Source: Lytechinus pictus (Eukaryota). From it: a stretch of DNA of 64,000 nt. The translations under genes were made by a program, and so were the position numbers. Positions 14,338-27,169 of the stretch are shown piece after piece; the stretch's first letter is position 1; the number at the start of each line of letters is the position of its first letter. The notes under the pieces are model-generated. The model had not been told where the DNA came from and made no database searches. It saw nothing but the letters and a program-made list of their open reading frames with translations. The stretch lies in NCBI RefSeq assembly GCF_037042905.1, contig NC_087251.1, positions 4,404,001 through 4,468,000 on the forward strand, given 5' to 3'.

Positions 14338-15212
14338 TTTATCTAGAATAGGCCTACTCATTAATATTCATAAGAGGGATAATAATCCTTAATACATTCT
14401 GGTCAGAGATAATTGTGTTCGAGTAAAATGTGACGAGGAAATTATTAACAGTTTCAACCAGCTGTCTCTTTGAATTTATTTATATTTTGGATCTGGATAT
14501 ATGCGATGCAGGGCCATACTAAGCATTGGCCTAAATGTATTGGTTACCTTGCTAAGTCTACATCTACTGTAGATGTAAATCTGAGGTTATGTCAACTAAT
14601 AATAGTAGTAAAGAAAATGAAGTATTTCAGGATAATCAAAATGATTATAATGATGATCATGATATCAATAACATTAAAATGATTACGATGATTATTATTA
14701 TATCTTTTATATTATTGAAATAACAACACTGACAGCAATAATTTAAGCAATACAGGAGCCAGCTATACTCAGAACCGATTGAAATTACTCACATATTTTC
14801 AATTCTTACTTATTTAATCCAATATATTATGAACTTTGTAAATACATTAGCGTTAGCGTTTATTTCTATATAAATTTATATATTTTTTTTCTTAATTTGC
14901 CCAGTTTTAATAATACATTTGTATTATAGTTATTATCAATATAAAAGTTGGTCGAGTCTATCTTACAAGCTTTGCTTTTCAGAAGCTCTTCCGCTTTTTC
15001 ATTGTTGGTACGTGTCAAAATCTGTATTTCTGTCCATTAAATATGATTTTTCATGAAAAATGTACTTAAATGATTTGTGAAATATGAATATGAATTGATA
15101 AAAAATAAAAAGTTTAGAATTACAATAGTCACAAAACAAAGTAATAATATAAATAATCATATAGTTAATTATTACAGTAAAAACTATATTAGGATAATGA
15201 AAATGATGATAT

Positions 15213-15679
15213 GTCACCAGCCATCCCAATACCAACAATAAGTCGTCCAAATTGATATTTGGTATTTTTATTGAGTTTGAAAAGTCAAATCCTGAGCTTT
15301 AAAATTATATATGAATCTTGTCAAAAATGATCAACAATAGTCCACATAAGTACTTGATTGAATGCAGAGGAAACTCAGCGAGAGCTTTATAAGATAAGGA
15401 AAAAAACTATTTTTGAAGTCCGGAATCACTCAAGCATGAAATATTCACCATGTGCATTCTGAATGAAACTTTCAAGCACTCCGCAAAACTTGCGTATCAA
15501 AGAAACTCTTGTACCCTGTTTTCTATTTGACTTCAGAACATGAAATTTTGACTGTATGAAGAAAGAATAAATCTTTTCAGATGAGCCATTTTATTTTTGG
15601 CCTTTTGAAGACGAAAGTACTTTCTTGGCTATTTATGGAGAATAACAAACTTATTGTTGGTTTTAGTGTGGCTGGTTAC
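15213..15679. mobile_element. Non-autonomous TIR DNA element with ATAT flanks (Sola1-like, tentative)
   Basis: ATAT|GTCACCAGCCATCCCAATACCAACAATAAG ... CTTATTGTTGGTTTTAGTGTGGCTGGTTAC|ATAT: ~30-bp imperfect TIR with a 4-bp ATAT duplication. Confidence 0.65.
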
Positions 15680-17957
15680 ATATTATGAAGACAAAATAAC
15701 TAATTCATACTAGACTGGTAAAATGTACATCAAAAACATGTCTGATATGTTGAAATTAAACAGAAAAGATCTGAGACGATTAAAAATATCCGAGTTCATT
15801 GGAATTGCGTACTCAGATTTCAAATAGTTCATTGGAATCGCGTTCTTCGTTTCTAAATGTGAAAAGAAAATGAGTGGAAACAATTTTATTAAACTGCACC
15901 AATGGGCTTTACATAGCTTTGTCTGGATAAACAATCTTGTAGAATTACCATGAAATGACTGGAGCAACCTGCCCACAAATCAACAGTATCTTTAAAATTG
16001 AATAATACACCATGAGGTCAAGATTTGCAATTTTCAAAAAAGAATAAAGGTTCACAATTGCATAATTGTGTTTCACACCCATTCACCACGCACATCTCAG
16101 AACGTCCGTAATTGAATTACCATGCTAAATACGAAAGAGAATGTAACAAAGCTGAAACATCTTTAAAGATTGAAACAAACAGAATCAACTCCACTTGGTA
16201 GTGCATGTAATTCACTCTGTAACCTGTTTCCTGTAGTCCTATCTATAATTATTTCAAACGAATACAAAGATTGTATCACGTATATAGGAGGGGATAAAAA
16301 AGTCTTTAAAGTAAGACCCAACCTCATATTTCAATTTCAATTAGGTTATTCTCAGAATGCGCAAAAAAAATCCAAAGTCTAAAAATGGGAGGTTACAATA
16401 ATTCATATTAAAACAGATAAAAAAAACCCATATAGAATAGATAAATGTTGGGGCGTCCAAACTAAATTTTGTTATATTTCAAAATGTTTATTGTTATTGA
16501 TATTTGGGATTCTTGCGACTTGTCTCAGAAATCCACCTTTGCTCTTTTTTTCCGAACAAAAATTCTGCATTACTGTTAATGAAAGGTCATAAAATTTCAT
16601 TTTCTGCGGTTTCTGGTAGTGATTTTACTTATTTGTTAATTACAATCTAACACTATTCATCTGCAGACTTTAGTTGATGGATAGATGGTGGAAATTTCGC
16701 CTTATGTGTCACTTAATTTTTTTCCGAATAAGTCCCTGTGGACAAGTTTTGTATACGTCATTGCATAATGAATACAATTATCCGATTAAATGCTATTAAA
16801 GACGAATCCAAGATCAATGATCTGGATTATCACTCACAGCCATGGACATTCAGAGAAAAATATTCATTTCAGTGCCCAGCTTTAATCTTTATTGTATTTG
16901 AATCTAGAAGATGTTATCCCGTACACAGCTTCGACAAGTGCTTTCGAACTAAATCCACCCTCGCTGTACAGATAAAATGGACCTCAAGGCCAAATAGGAA
17001 ACCTTAATGGGTGGAATAGGCCCCAGAGAGAACGGGAGGCCAAGTGTAATCACACAGGACTATACAAGACAAGACTTCACATGATTAATGGATTAAACTG
17101 TTTTGAAATGTCTACAAGAAATGCGTGGGTTGAGCTTCCGATATTTCTTGGTGTTGTGTAATTGGTACCAAATGATATTGAACCATAAATGTTCGCAACT
17201 CCATCATTGAACAAACACTGTGTCAGCCCAAAATGCAATAGACACGCAATACACACACACACCATAGGCGGATCCAGCTTTTGGCGAAAGGGGGGGGGGG
17301 GCGCACTGCCGAGCGGCGCATATATTTTTGCACTTCACCGGCGCCATAAAAGAAAATGTTGAAAAAGGGGTAAAGTCTGACCCTGTCAAATGCTCTTTTC
17401 AAAATGTAGGATTTCCAGTCGTGCCATTTTGCATGACCACATGCAGATAATATTTCCGGGGGGGGGGGGGCAAGACTCGAACATATTTTTGAAAAAAAAA
17501 AAAACGATAGAGTAAACGGACCGAGCTGCTCAATGGGGCGATTATTTTTTTTACAAGTGTAATAAAAGTATTTGGTGCACATCTCACATTTGCACATTTT
17601 TCATAGTTTTCATGAAATGTTAAGAAAAAAAAAAGTGTTTTCACAACAGCTGATCGGGATTTTGCCCCCCCCCCTTCGCCTTGCTGCGTACGACCATTCC
17701 CTAAATTCCACTAAAACATATCTCATTACGACAGAAAATATACATCAATTTAAACATATAATCTTTCTAAAAACATATATAGAGAGAGATTGAAAAAACT
17801 TATTAAAGAAAGAAACAAGCAAAAAGTAACACAAATTATGCATGTTATGTGCGATTTCAAAATCTCGTGTACTAACCCTTTTATTGCGATGAGGCCAATA
17901 CTTTTGTATATTAATTGAGATACAGGTGTTTTTTTACTATATATATATATATATACA

Positions 17958-18854
17958 CAGGGGCGTCGATCCTTTTTAAGAATGGGGGGGGGGCAAAATC
18001 ATGAATCAACTTTCCAAAGGCGCTCGATCACACAAAACAAACAAACTCACACACACAAACACGCACACACACATATGCATATATATATATATATATAATA
18101 TGTATATGTTTATTTATATGACTCATGAGATAGAGACACATATCTCACCAACACATTAATGCGAGCGCGAAGCGCGAGCTGAAATTTTTTAGTATACTGA
18201 CCTGAAAACAGGAAAAAGGTGCCTGTTTAGGACTGTTTGTAGTAACTCATGAGGAGGATACATATCTCACTACACAGATAATGCGAGTGCCGAGGGCGAG
18301 CTGAACTTTCTTTATATTCTGACCAGAAAGCTTGATATTCTAAGCAATTTTGGTACCACTGATTAAGATGGGTATCTAAAAAACAATAGATGCGAGCGCG
18401 AAGCGCGAGCTTAAAATTTTGATATTTCGATCTGAAAAAAATACAGTTTAATGGACGTTTTTAATAAAGAACAAGATTATATCCAACAAAAGATTATTGC
18501 AAATCGAAGCGGGAGTTCTTTTGAAGTTTAGAACTGAAAACGGGACATTCTATTCACCTATTTAATCATGAAAAGTATGGGGTATTGCTACAGAAATTAT
18601 GCGAGCGCGAAGCGCGAGCTGAAAATTTTTGTATTCCAATCTGAAAAGCGGACAATTTGAGCACGATTTTAAATAAAGGACGAGTGTGTAGCTCAATCTC
18701 GCTTGCTAATTTCTCTGTAACATTACCATCTTATTTTATTTTTGCACATGCGGAATTATTGGGGGGGGGGGGGCAAAACGATATGTTTGCCTCCCCAATA
18801 TTTTCATTGGTGGGGCGATCGCCCCCCTGCCCCCCCCCAGGATCGACGCCTCTG
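17958..18854. mobile_element. hAT-type non-autonomous element
   Basis: TIR CAGGGGCGTCGATCC / GGATCGACGCCTCTG. 8-bp TSD TATATACA (17950-17957 and 18855-18862, low-complexity site). Internal GCGAGCGCGAAGCGCGAGC repeats. Confidence 0.85.
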
Positions 18855-19654
18855 TATATACAATGATACTACATCATGAATCATTCGGAATATATCACCA
18901 ATCCAGGTTTATATATTATCATTCAATTTTCATGTACATGATGTATTATAATAGGCCTATATACAGAATTTGGTATATATTGTGATGCTTTTCACTAAAT
19001 CTAATGCAATTTGTAGTTACTTTGATGAAACTGGATATGATGCTTATGACCTGAATTCAGAAAGAGATCCTTCAAGACAGAGCTTTGGAAATAGTTCTCC
19101 AGTTTTACAGGTATCGTTATATTTGTTTTTAACTTCTTCCTGAGTGATCAGATGAATAATATTTAACTTTATGGAAGATGAAAATAAATCAAATTTTGTG
19201 GCGTAAACATTTAAACGTTAAAAAAAGGTATTGACAAACTGTATTTATACATTGAAAATGATAGTTAGTGGTTTAAGGTCTAACTCATATACGTCTGGTT
19301 GCGTAATTATACACTCCCGGTATTAGCAACGGGTTTTAGCAAAGTTATGGACTAAAATATCGAATCATCTTCATAAAACACTATAGTCATGATAGTAGCT
19401 GTCTTACACTAAAGGCCATAGAGGTGGCACAATGTGGAATGTGTAAAGAAGAAAAGTGACTGACCTTTTTTTTATTAAAGCATTGGAAAATAAGATCAAA
19501 ATTAAAGAATTTGCTCTACGCTTTTGTATGATTTTGGGATTTTTTAAATAACAAATTAAAGATTTCATGACATCTGTGGGCAACTGCCCCGCCCCAGTCC
19601 ACTCTGTAAGGGCATGCGATAAGCTTTGTTATGACAATTCAACAATAAAATGTA

Positions 19655-20600
19655 TAACCAGGTGCCGCTGATCATTCTTGACCGGCGCCGATCTAGATTT
19701 GGTTGGCAATAGGCCCTTCTTCATTATTCTACCGGCGCCTATTTATTGGAACCAGGGGACGCTGATTATTCTTGACCGGCGCCGATTTAAATTTAGGTGG
19801 CGCCGGTTGAGACAAAGGCAGCGCCGATTTGTCTTGACCGGCGCCGATTTAGAACAAGTAGTGCTGATTATTTTTACCGACGTCACGTAAGATTCAGGCA
19901 GCGGCAATTCAAAATCGACTGGCGCCGATTTAGAACCAGGAGGCGCTGATTATTCTTGACCAGCCCCGATTTAGATATAGGTGGCGCTGATTATTCTTGA
20001 TTGGCGCCGGTTAAGACTCTGGCAGCGCCGATTTATTACCAGATGGCGCTGATTATTCTTGACCAGCCCCGATTTAGATATAGGTGGCGCTGATTATCCT
20101 TGATCGGCGCCGGTTAAGGACTCAGGCAGCGCCGATTATTCTTGCCCGGCGCCGATTTAGATTTAGGAGGCGCTGATTATTCTTGACCAGCCCCGATTTA
20201 GATATAGGTGGCGCTAATTATTCTTGATTGGCGCCGGTTAAGACTCTGGCAGCGCCGATTTATAACCAGATGGCGCTGATTATTCTTGACCAGCCCCGAT
20301 TTAGATTTAGGTGGAGCTGATTATTCTTGATCGGCGCCGGTTAAGACTCTGGCAGCGCCGATTTATAACCAGATGGCGCTGATTATTCTTGTCCGGTGCC
20401 GATTTAGATTTAGGTGGCGCTGATTATTCTTGATCGGCACCAGTTAAGACTCTGGCAGTGCCAATTTTTCTTGACTGGCGCCGATTTATAACCAAATGGC
20501 GCTAATTATTCTTGTCCGGCGCCGATTTAGATGGTGCTGATTATTCTTGATTGGCGCCAGTTATATGCAGGCAGCGCACTGCTGATTATTTTTAACCGGC
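19655..20600. repeat. GC-rich minisatellite of ~20-21-bp GGCGC(C/T)GATT monomers with a ~103-bp higher-order unit
   Basis: Recurrent unit GGCGCTGATTATTCTTGACC-AGCCCCGATTTAGATATAGGT-GGCGCTGATTATTCTTGATT-GGCGCCGGTTAAGACTCTGGC-AGCGCCGATTTATAACCAGAT. Confidence 0.9.
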
Positions 20601-21015
20601 GAAGTTGTTGGGAAAAGGGTATAGTTAAAAGAAAGATAAGGAAGATGATATGATTGTGCTTTGCTGGGGGATAGTCTTTCCTCTACTGTTGCTAAAATTA
20701 TGATATATCAGTGTATAATTTTTTTAAGCGGCGCCTTTTCTTTTCTTTCCTTTATTTTTATTTTTCAAGCAGCGCCTTTTCTTTTTTTTTACTATTTTTT
20801 ATTAGGGGGGCGCGCGCCCCCTGTGCCCCCCCCCCTGGATCCGCCACTGCACACACATCCATCCTCATCCTCACACTCCCACACACACCCTCGTATATAT
20901 AATGTGATAAATTAAACATGTACAACAGCTTTGGCAACTCTTGTATTTAAGTATGTTGTGAAAGAAATGAACGAAGAGAACAATGGTAGGCGTAGCTTAA
21001 ATCAAGGTTCCCAAG

Positions 21016-23764
21016 GTCCAGGATAGGCCCCATAGAGAAGGGGTCGAACCTTGTTTTTTTAGATATACAATGTTTTTGATGGTTTCTTGTCAATTCGAGG
21101 GTGCTGATTCCGAATCTGAATGATGCCACTCTTGTAACCTTGAGCATTTTCCGCAAATTGGCAAAATCCAATATGGCCGCCAAAATATGCAAATTATACC
21201 CATGAAAATCATAAAATTGCACACACATTAACTATAAAATGCATGTAGTTGTTGTGCAGAAGTGAAATACTCGTTGGAAAAGCGATATTTGACAAAATGT
21301 TTATTTTATTGATATTCTAAATGGCCGCCATAACCCCTGTATACTTTATTATGTAGAATATGAATGGGGAAAAATAAATTTTAAACAAGAGCACTATTAT
21401 TGCATGTGATTGTGACCTACGAGTAGACTACTGTCTGAAAACATGATTATTAACAAAACTATGTCATTTGTATACTATCTAATGTGATAAATGCTGTATT
21501 ATGATATTCAAAATGGGTGTCATAGACTCCTTATACTGTGTTCAATATATTAAAGGGGACAAATAATTTTCACAATATTTGAATTTGCTTGACTATAAAA
21601 TGCCAATAACTGCGAAATATTGGTGTAACTGACAACAATGATTTCTAACAAAACATTTTATTTCCCTTGCAATTTTGGTAATTATGCTGCATTTTGACAT
21701 TCAAAATGGCTGCCATAGGCCCTATCTGTATTATGAATAAAGCGAATGAAGAAACTAATTTTCACAAGAGTAAGAACAATAAAATGAATGTAATTGTAAT
21801 CTACGAGTGAAATATTGTCTAAAAACATGTTTTCTAGCGAAACATATCATTTCCTTTTTCATGCATGAGATAAATGCTGTATTGTTAAATTCAAAATGGC
21901 CCCTATGGGTCATTACAGTATTATCTACAATATAAATGGGGACAAATACTTTTGAAAGTATTAGGATTTGCCTGACTATGAATTCCATATAATTCTGTTG
22001 TATAAGGAATATATTGTTTAAAAACGTGATTTTTTTATGAAATATAGTATTTCCTCTCCCATGTAGGTGATAAATACTGTATTTTGACTTTCAAAATGGC
22101 CGCTACAAGCCCTTACTAAATTATGTAACATGCGTATAGGGAAACTAATTATCACCAGAATGAGAACCAAAAACGCACATAACTATGTGATGTATAGGTA
22201 AAATGTGGTCTTGAACATGATTTCTAACTAAATTCATCGCATATTGGTCGAGAAGGTAATAAAGGCCTTACTTTGAAATTCAAAATGGCTGCCATAGCCT
22301 ACAGTAGTATGTACATTGTAAATGGGGACAGATAATTTTGACAATTCTTACTATGAAAATTGCTTCATTTTTATGTCAGTGTTAAGTATTGTCTAAACCC
22401 AATGATTTCTAACGAAATATATCATAGCTTGTGTCAAAAATGTGATGAATGCTGCATTTTAAGATTGAAAAATGGCCGCCATAGACCCTTATCTTAATAT
22501 GTAAAATTTTAATGGGGAAAGATAATTTCCACAAAAAACCATATTGCCGCCATTTTGAATTTTAGAATATAGCATTTGTCACCTAAATAACATAAGAAAT
22601 GATCTATTTCGTTAGAAATCATATTTTCAGACGATATTTCACTCATACATGCAACACCATTTAGTCAGGCAAAGCCAAATTCTGTTAAAATTGTATGTTC
22701 CCATTCACATAGTACATAATAGGTCCACCGTTAGGGCCTGTAGCGGCCATTTTGACTTTCAAAATAAATTATTTATCACCTACCTGGCAGAATAAATGAT
22801 ATATCTTGTTAAAAATTATGTTTTCAGACAATATTTTACTCTTAAATCACACTTATATGTATTTTATGGTGCTGACTCCTGTGAAAATTGGTTTCCCAGA
22901 TCGATTGTACATCATACAGTCAATGTATTTGGCGGCCATTTTGAAAGTCAAAATACGATATTTAACACAAACATGATACCCGAATAATGTATTTCGTTGA
23001 AAATTATATTTTAAGACAGTATTCTACTAATTTACCACAAAAACATGCGTTTTAGCGCTCACATCGTACATCATAATTTTAGGGCCTTAGGCGGCCATTT
23101 TAAATTTCAAAATGCAGGATTTATCACATACATGACGTGTTCAATAATAAATTTCGTTTTAAAACAATAATGTTTTTAGTCAGTATTCTACTTGTTTATC
23201 TTAACAAATTGCATTTTAGTGCTCACTATTGTGATTTTTTTGTCACCATTCACATTGTACATAATAGTGTTATGGCTTTTGGAGGCCATTTTGAATATAA
23301 AAATACAGGATTTATCACATACATGACATACAAAATTAGATATATCTTTAGCAATCATGTTTCCAGGCATTACTTCACTCATATATCATTATTACTTGCA
23401 TTTCAGTGCTCACATTTGTGAAAATTAATTTTCCCAATTTGTATTGTACAGGGATCTGTGGCGGCCATTTTGAATATCAAGACAATAAATATTTTGCCAA
23501 AAATCATTTTTTCAGTTATTATATCACTCCGGCAGCACAATTGAATGTATTTTATAGCCAATGTGTGGACAATTTTATGATTTTCATGGGTAATTTGAAT
23601 ATTTTGGCGGCCATTTTGGATTTTGCCAATTTGCAGAAAATGCTCAAGGTTACACGAGTGGCATCATTCAGATTCGGAATCAGCACCCTCGAATTGACAA
23701 GAAACCATAAAAAAACATTGTATATCTAAAAAAAACAAGGTTCGACCCCTTCTATCCTGGACTA
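21016..23764. mobile_element. Foldback-like non-autonomous DNA transposon with long TIRs and internal ~190-bp repeats (Academ-like, tentative)
   Basis: ~21016-21270 is the reverse complement of ~23510-23764. The left half carries CAAAATGGCCGCC about every 190 bp and the right half carries GGCGGCCATTTTG; symmetry centre ~22540. The right end is ...TCCTGGACTA; the left terminus is degenerate. Confidence 0.85.
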
Positions 23765-23786
23765 TTTGGAAAAATTGGTGATGCCG

Positions 23787-23792
23787 AAAAAA
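23787..23792 (-). terminator. Putative RNA Pol III terminator (T6)
   Basis: AAAAAA on + equals TTTTTT on the minus strand, directly after the discriminator base of the tRNA-like cloverleaf. Confidence 0.5.
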
Positions 23793-23864
23793 TGTCTCTG
23801 CCGAGAATCGAACCCGGGCCCCCAGCTTTGAACGCCGGTGCCTTAACAACTAGACCACAGAAAC
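23793..23864 (-). tRNA. tRNA-like cloverleaf with TCA anticodon (probably a pseudo-tRNA or repeat-derived Pol III unit; not a canonical tRNA-Sec)
   Basis: Minus strand: GTTTCTG TG GTCT AGTTGTTA AGGC A CCGGC GTTCAAA GCTGG GGGC CCGGG TTCGATT CTCGG CAGAGAC A. All four stems pair (with G-U pairs). A-box TGGTCTAGTTG, B-box GGTTCGATTCT. Non-canonical G32, and the D-loop has TG instead of GG. Confidence 0.6.
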
Positions 23865-23870
23865 GGGTCA

Positions 23871-24022
23871 GTGGCTAGGGCGACCCCGATCAGATTGACT
23901 GTCAGAAAAACAGATTTTCGACAATGTTCAAAAGTCACCCACACCCGACAAAGGAAATTTAATTGGTGGTGTCGAAAATCTGTTTATCTGATGGTCAATC
24001 GGATCGGGGTCGCCCTAGCCAC
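23871..24022. repeat. 53-bp inverted repeat (hairpin) immediately upstream of the tRNA-like sequence
   Basis: GTGGCTAGGGCGACCCCGATCAGATTGAC...TTTTCGACA (23871-23923) vs TGTCGAAAA...GTCAATCGGATCGGGGTCGCCCTAGCCAC (23970-24022), few mismatches. Confidence 0.9.
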
Positions 24023-24080
24023 CAGTAAATGGTAAAGTGAAGATCATTAGACACCAGCATTCACCGATCCAATGCATACC

Positions 24081-24140
24081 CTGTTACGGCACATTTTGGT
24101 AAATTACAAAAAAAAAGTTTACCAAAATGTGCCGTAACAG
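24081..24140. repeat. Perfect 23-bp inverted repeat with a 14-nt A-rich spacer
   Basis: CTGTTACGGCACATTTTGGTAAA ... TTTACCAAAATGTGCCGTAACAG. Confidence 0.9.
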
Positions 24141-27100
24141 ACCCACAGTAGGTCGTTACATTGTGGTAACTTGACCATCCCTATGGAACAACCTGACAAG
24201 CAATGGTAAAGAAACGAATTCTTAATACGATGCTACCTGGTAATGCAAGCCGATGCCTTGTTTTCACGGAAATAAACAGAAAGCATTTTGACTAGACCGG
24301 TACCATGATTATGATTCAGATTGAGGGAGAAGGGGATATTAACAACACTCCATTCCCCCCCCCCCCCAAAAAAAAAAAAAAAAACCCGTCGAGATTATAC
24401 AAACCTTAGATATCTTACTATTCATCTGCTTCATGCTTGATCTTACCTTTCTTTATCCCTTTTCGTTATAATGACAGTATTATGCAACTGCAAATCACCG
24501 TATCAATCATAAAGGATCAATGCACGTACATGTCAACAACATCCGACACATTCAAGGTTTATTTACACTTGTAACTCCGCCGTTTGATTCTTCATGGGAC
24601 TATTGTATTGTATAAAATCTTCACTAAGACCAATTAGATTCCTTTCCCCCATTGTATGTGTGTAGTCTTAATCCAAATTATTATTCATAATTGTATGAAA
24701 TTGCACGCACCGAGGTTTTTTTCAAGGCATTTTTGTTTTACTATGAGAACTGAGTTAACATATTTTCAGGAGGTCAAATATGACTTGTTGTCAATTCATA
24801 TAATTTTAGTACACAGTGAATCACTTCACTAGATAACACATCATATTCTAGAAAGATATGTCCAATTTGGCAATTTCTTTTTACTAATCTGCAGTATAAA
24901 GGTGTTATTTTTAATCGGTGTAAAATTGTCAAGTTTTTTCCTTTATATACTCTCCATAATTAAAACAACAACAACAACAACAACTATTTTGATTCAAAAT
25001 GTAGATCTAACTGGAAAAAAATCACTTCAATATATCCATCTAACTCGAATCCAGCGACACATTGATGGGTTCATGTGTTACTGGTATTTTTTTTTTCAGT
25101 GATATATACAATATCGATCTATAATGCTTATTTGCAAATGTTATTTTTTTTCATATTCATGTATGAATTATATTTACAACGATAAACACACACATTTTAG
25201 CCGATAGCTTTCCCTGGGTGACCCAACCTTACAAGCATACTGCTTCCAAGGGCAGCCAATTTTCCTAATATGTATATATAAAACGAATTATTTTGCATTT
25301 GTTTAAGTATGATACATATTTTGTATAATGTCTGATTAAAATACTTTGTAATGTTTGTTTGAATGTTCTTGATTTTGCATATTTTTTTAATGAAAAATAT
25401 ATGAATTCAATTCAATATGTACATCACTTTTGTTATATTTTCGATATAGACAATTGAATTGAATTATTTAGAATACTGTTGTGGTGTGACAAATGATCTC
25501 TGCAACTTTCCCAGTGAAACAAACTTCATAAAGGCGTAGCAGAGTAAAACAGCGAAACTTATCAACATGCTATATCAAACATCCTTACCAAAAACTGTAT
25601 CATCCTATAACTTTCATCTAAATCATAATCTGCATTGTATATCTGTATCATTGCATATTTCATCTGTATAGCAAGTTCATCACTAATCACTTTTTTTGTC
25701 TTGAACGATAAATAATGAAGACATTTCTGTGCATGCAAATATGCCACTAAAACAAAAATCCATCTGGATGGCAGGTTAATCGAGCAATATTTTAATGATC
25801 TCCCTCCTAACGAGTATGTCACATTTCTGATTCGCATGATAGTACCTAATATATCATGATGATTGACAGGGGACAGACAAATTCTGCAGTCAATAAGGGT
25901 GATTTAGACGCCATCAGTTACGGTTTTTCACAAAAAAAATTCATTTATCTTTCAAGACACTCAGTCATGACATTAGGAATTTACTTCCATAATATCATTT
26001 CAATTAAGACTCAAAACTCTGGTTTGATATTCCATTCTATAAAGTGTTCGTATTGGGATTTTATGCTATGATGTATTATTTTCACTTTCTTCTTACCAAG
26101 AAATTTGATCTGACCAAAATAACGTTTGATAGATAATATGATTTTATGAAAGATCTTAACATATATGAATATATGAAATAAAACCTAATGTTCAATTTTA
26201 GGGATCTCGAGCCCACGAATCTGATTTTCCTCAAAGTGATATATAAGAGTTTACTCTTATATACCAAGGATGAACTGCGGAGGAGATATATCAACAGGTA
26301 TCATAGCATGGGGGAGAAATACAGGTGATTAGGTTTGAAAGGTCAACCAATAAATAATAAAGAAAGATTCATGTTCTCCCACATCATTGCCCCTATTTTG
26401 ATTATAGGTGGTGATTGGTCTATATAAATTTTAGGAGCTGGTAAATAAGAACTGGGCTTTTCTGACGATACGCCTGCCTGGGGAGATTTCAAAATGATAG
26501 ATAGGAGTACAATAAGACAAAATAAAAAAATCTATGCCTTGTCAATGATAGCACTTCATTATAGTCACTCCAGGAGACCGTTTCACCGACATGTCGTGTG
26601 ACAAGTTGTAAAATCTGACAATTTTCCTTAATTTCGATAGGCTAAGAAGCCTGACCGTTAACTTTAAAAGATACTTTGTTGGACAAAACATCCAACAAAG
26701 TCCTGACATGCACCACTACAGGTTCCCGAGAACGCTTCACAGCTAGAATAGAATTCAATGGACCAAACTGATCAACCAAATCAATTCCCCGTCCAAGCAT
26801 AGTCTGCAGGCACAGACCAGCAGACTAGTCCAAGCATGCATGCGGCAACAATACTTCTCATGACATTATTCAGACCATGGACCCTAGTGGTAGGGTCCAT
26901 GTTCAGACAAAATGGCGTTTGTTCGGTGAAGAGCACGAGGTAACACACCTCTTGTGTCTCGTCTACATTAATTGCCTGCGAGAAAATTTGCATTTTATAC
27001 ATAACATTTAGTGTGCATGTGATTATCCGTCCTGTAAGAATTACTACCTAATACAGATGTATCACCCCGAAAATTAAATTCCACTGTTCTCTATAGCTTT

Positions 27101-27169
27101 CTCTTATTCCACCTGACCATACCAACATATCAAGATCCTAATCTGATAGCACAGAAGTTTACATCCAAC

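Larger units (their letters stand above)
17263..20849. mobile_element. Composite hAT-like non-autonomous element carrying a nested insertion and a minisatellite
   Basis: CATAGGCGGATCCAG + poly-G at the left end; poly-C + CTGGATCCGCCACTG at the right end. Both flanks are (CA)n. GGCGCC motifs lie near both ends. Confidence 0.55.

Noticed and set aside
19655..20600. Regularly spaced short repeats resembling a CRISPR array
   Set aside because: The 'spacers' are themselves repeated variants, there are no cas genes, and the context is eukaryotic; it is a minisatellite.
20947..23729. Two similar ORFs (AAILDFANL.KMLKVTRVASFRFGISTLELTRNH) on opposite strands
   Set aside because: They are translations of the two terminal inverted repeats of the foldback element, not duplicated genes.
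23793..23864. Bona fide selenocysteine tRNA gene
   Set aside because: It has a 7/5 acceptor/T-stem fold, a 4-nt variable loop, a 4-bp D-stem and discriminator A, unlike eukaryotic tRNA-Sec.
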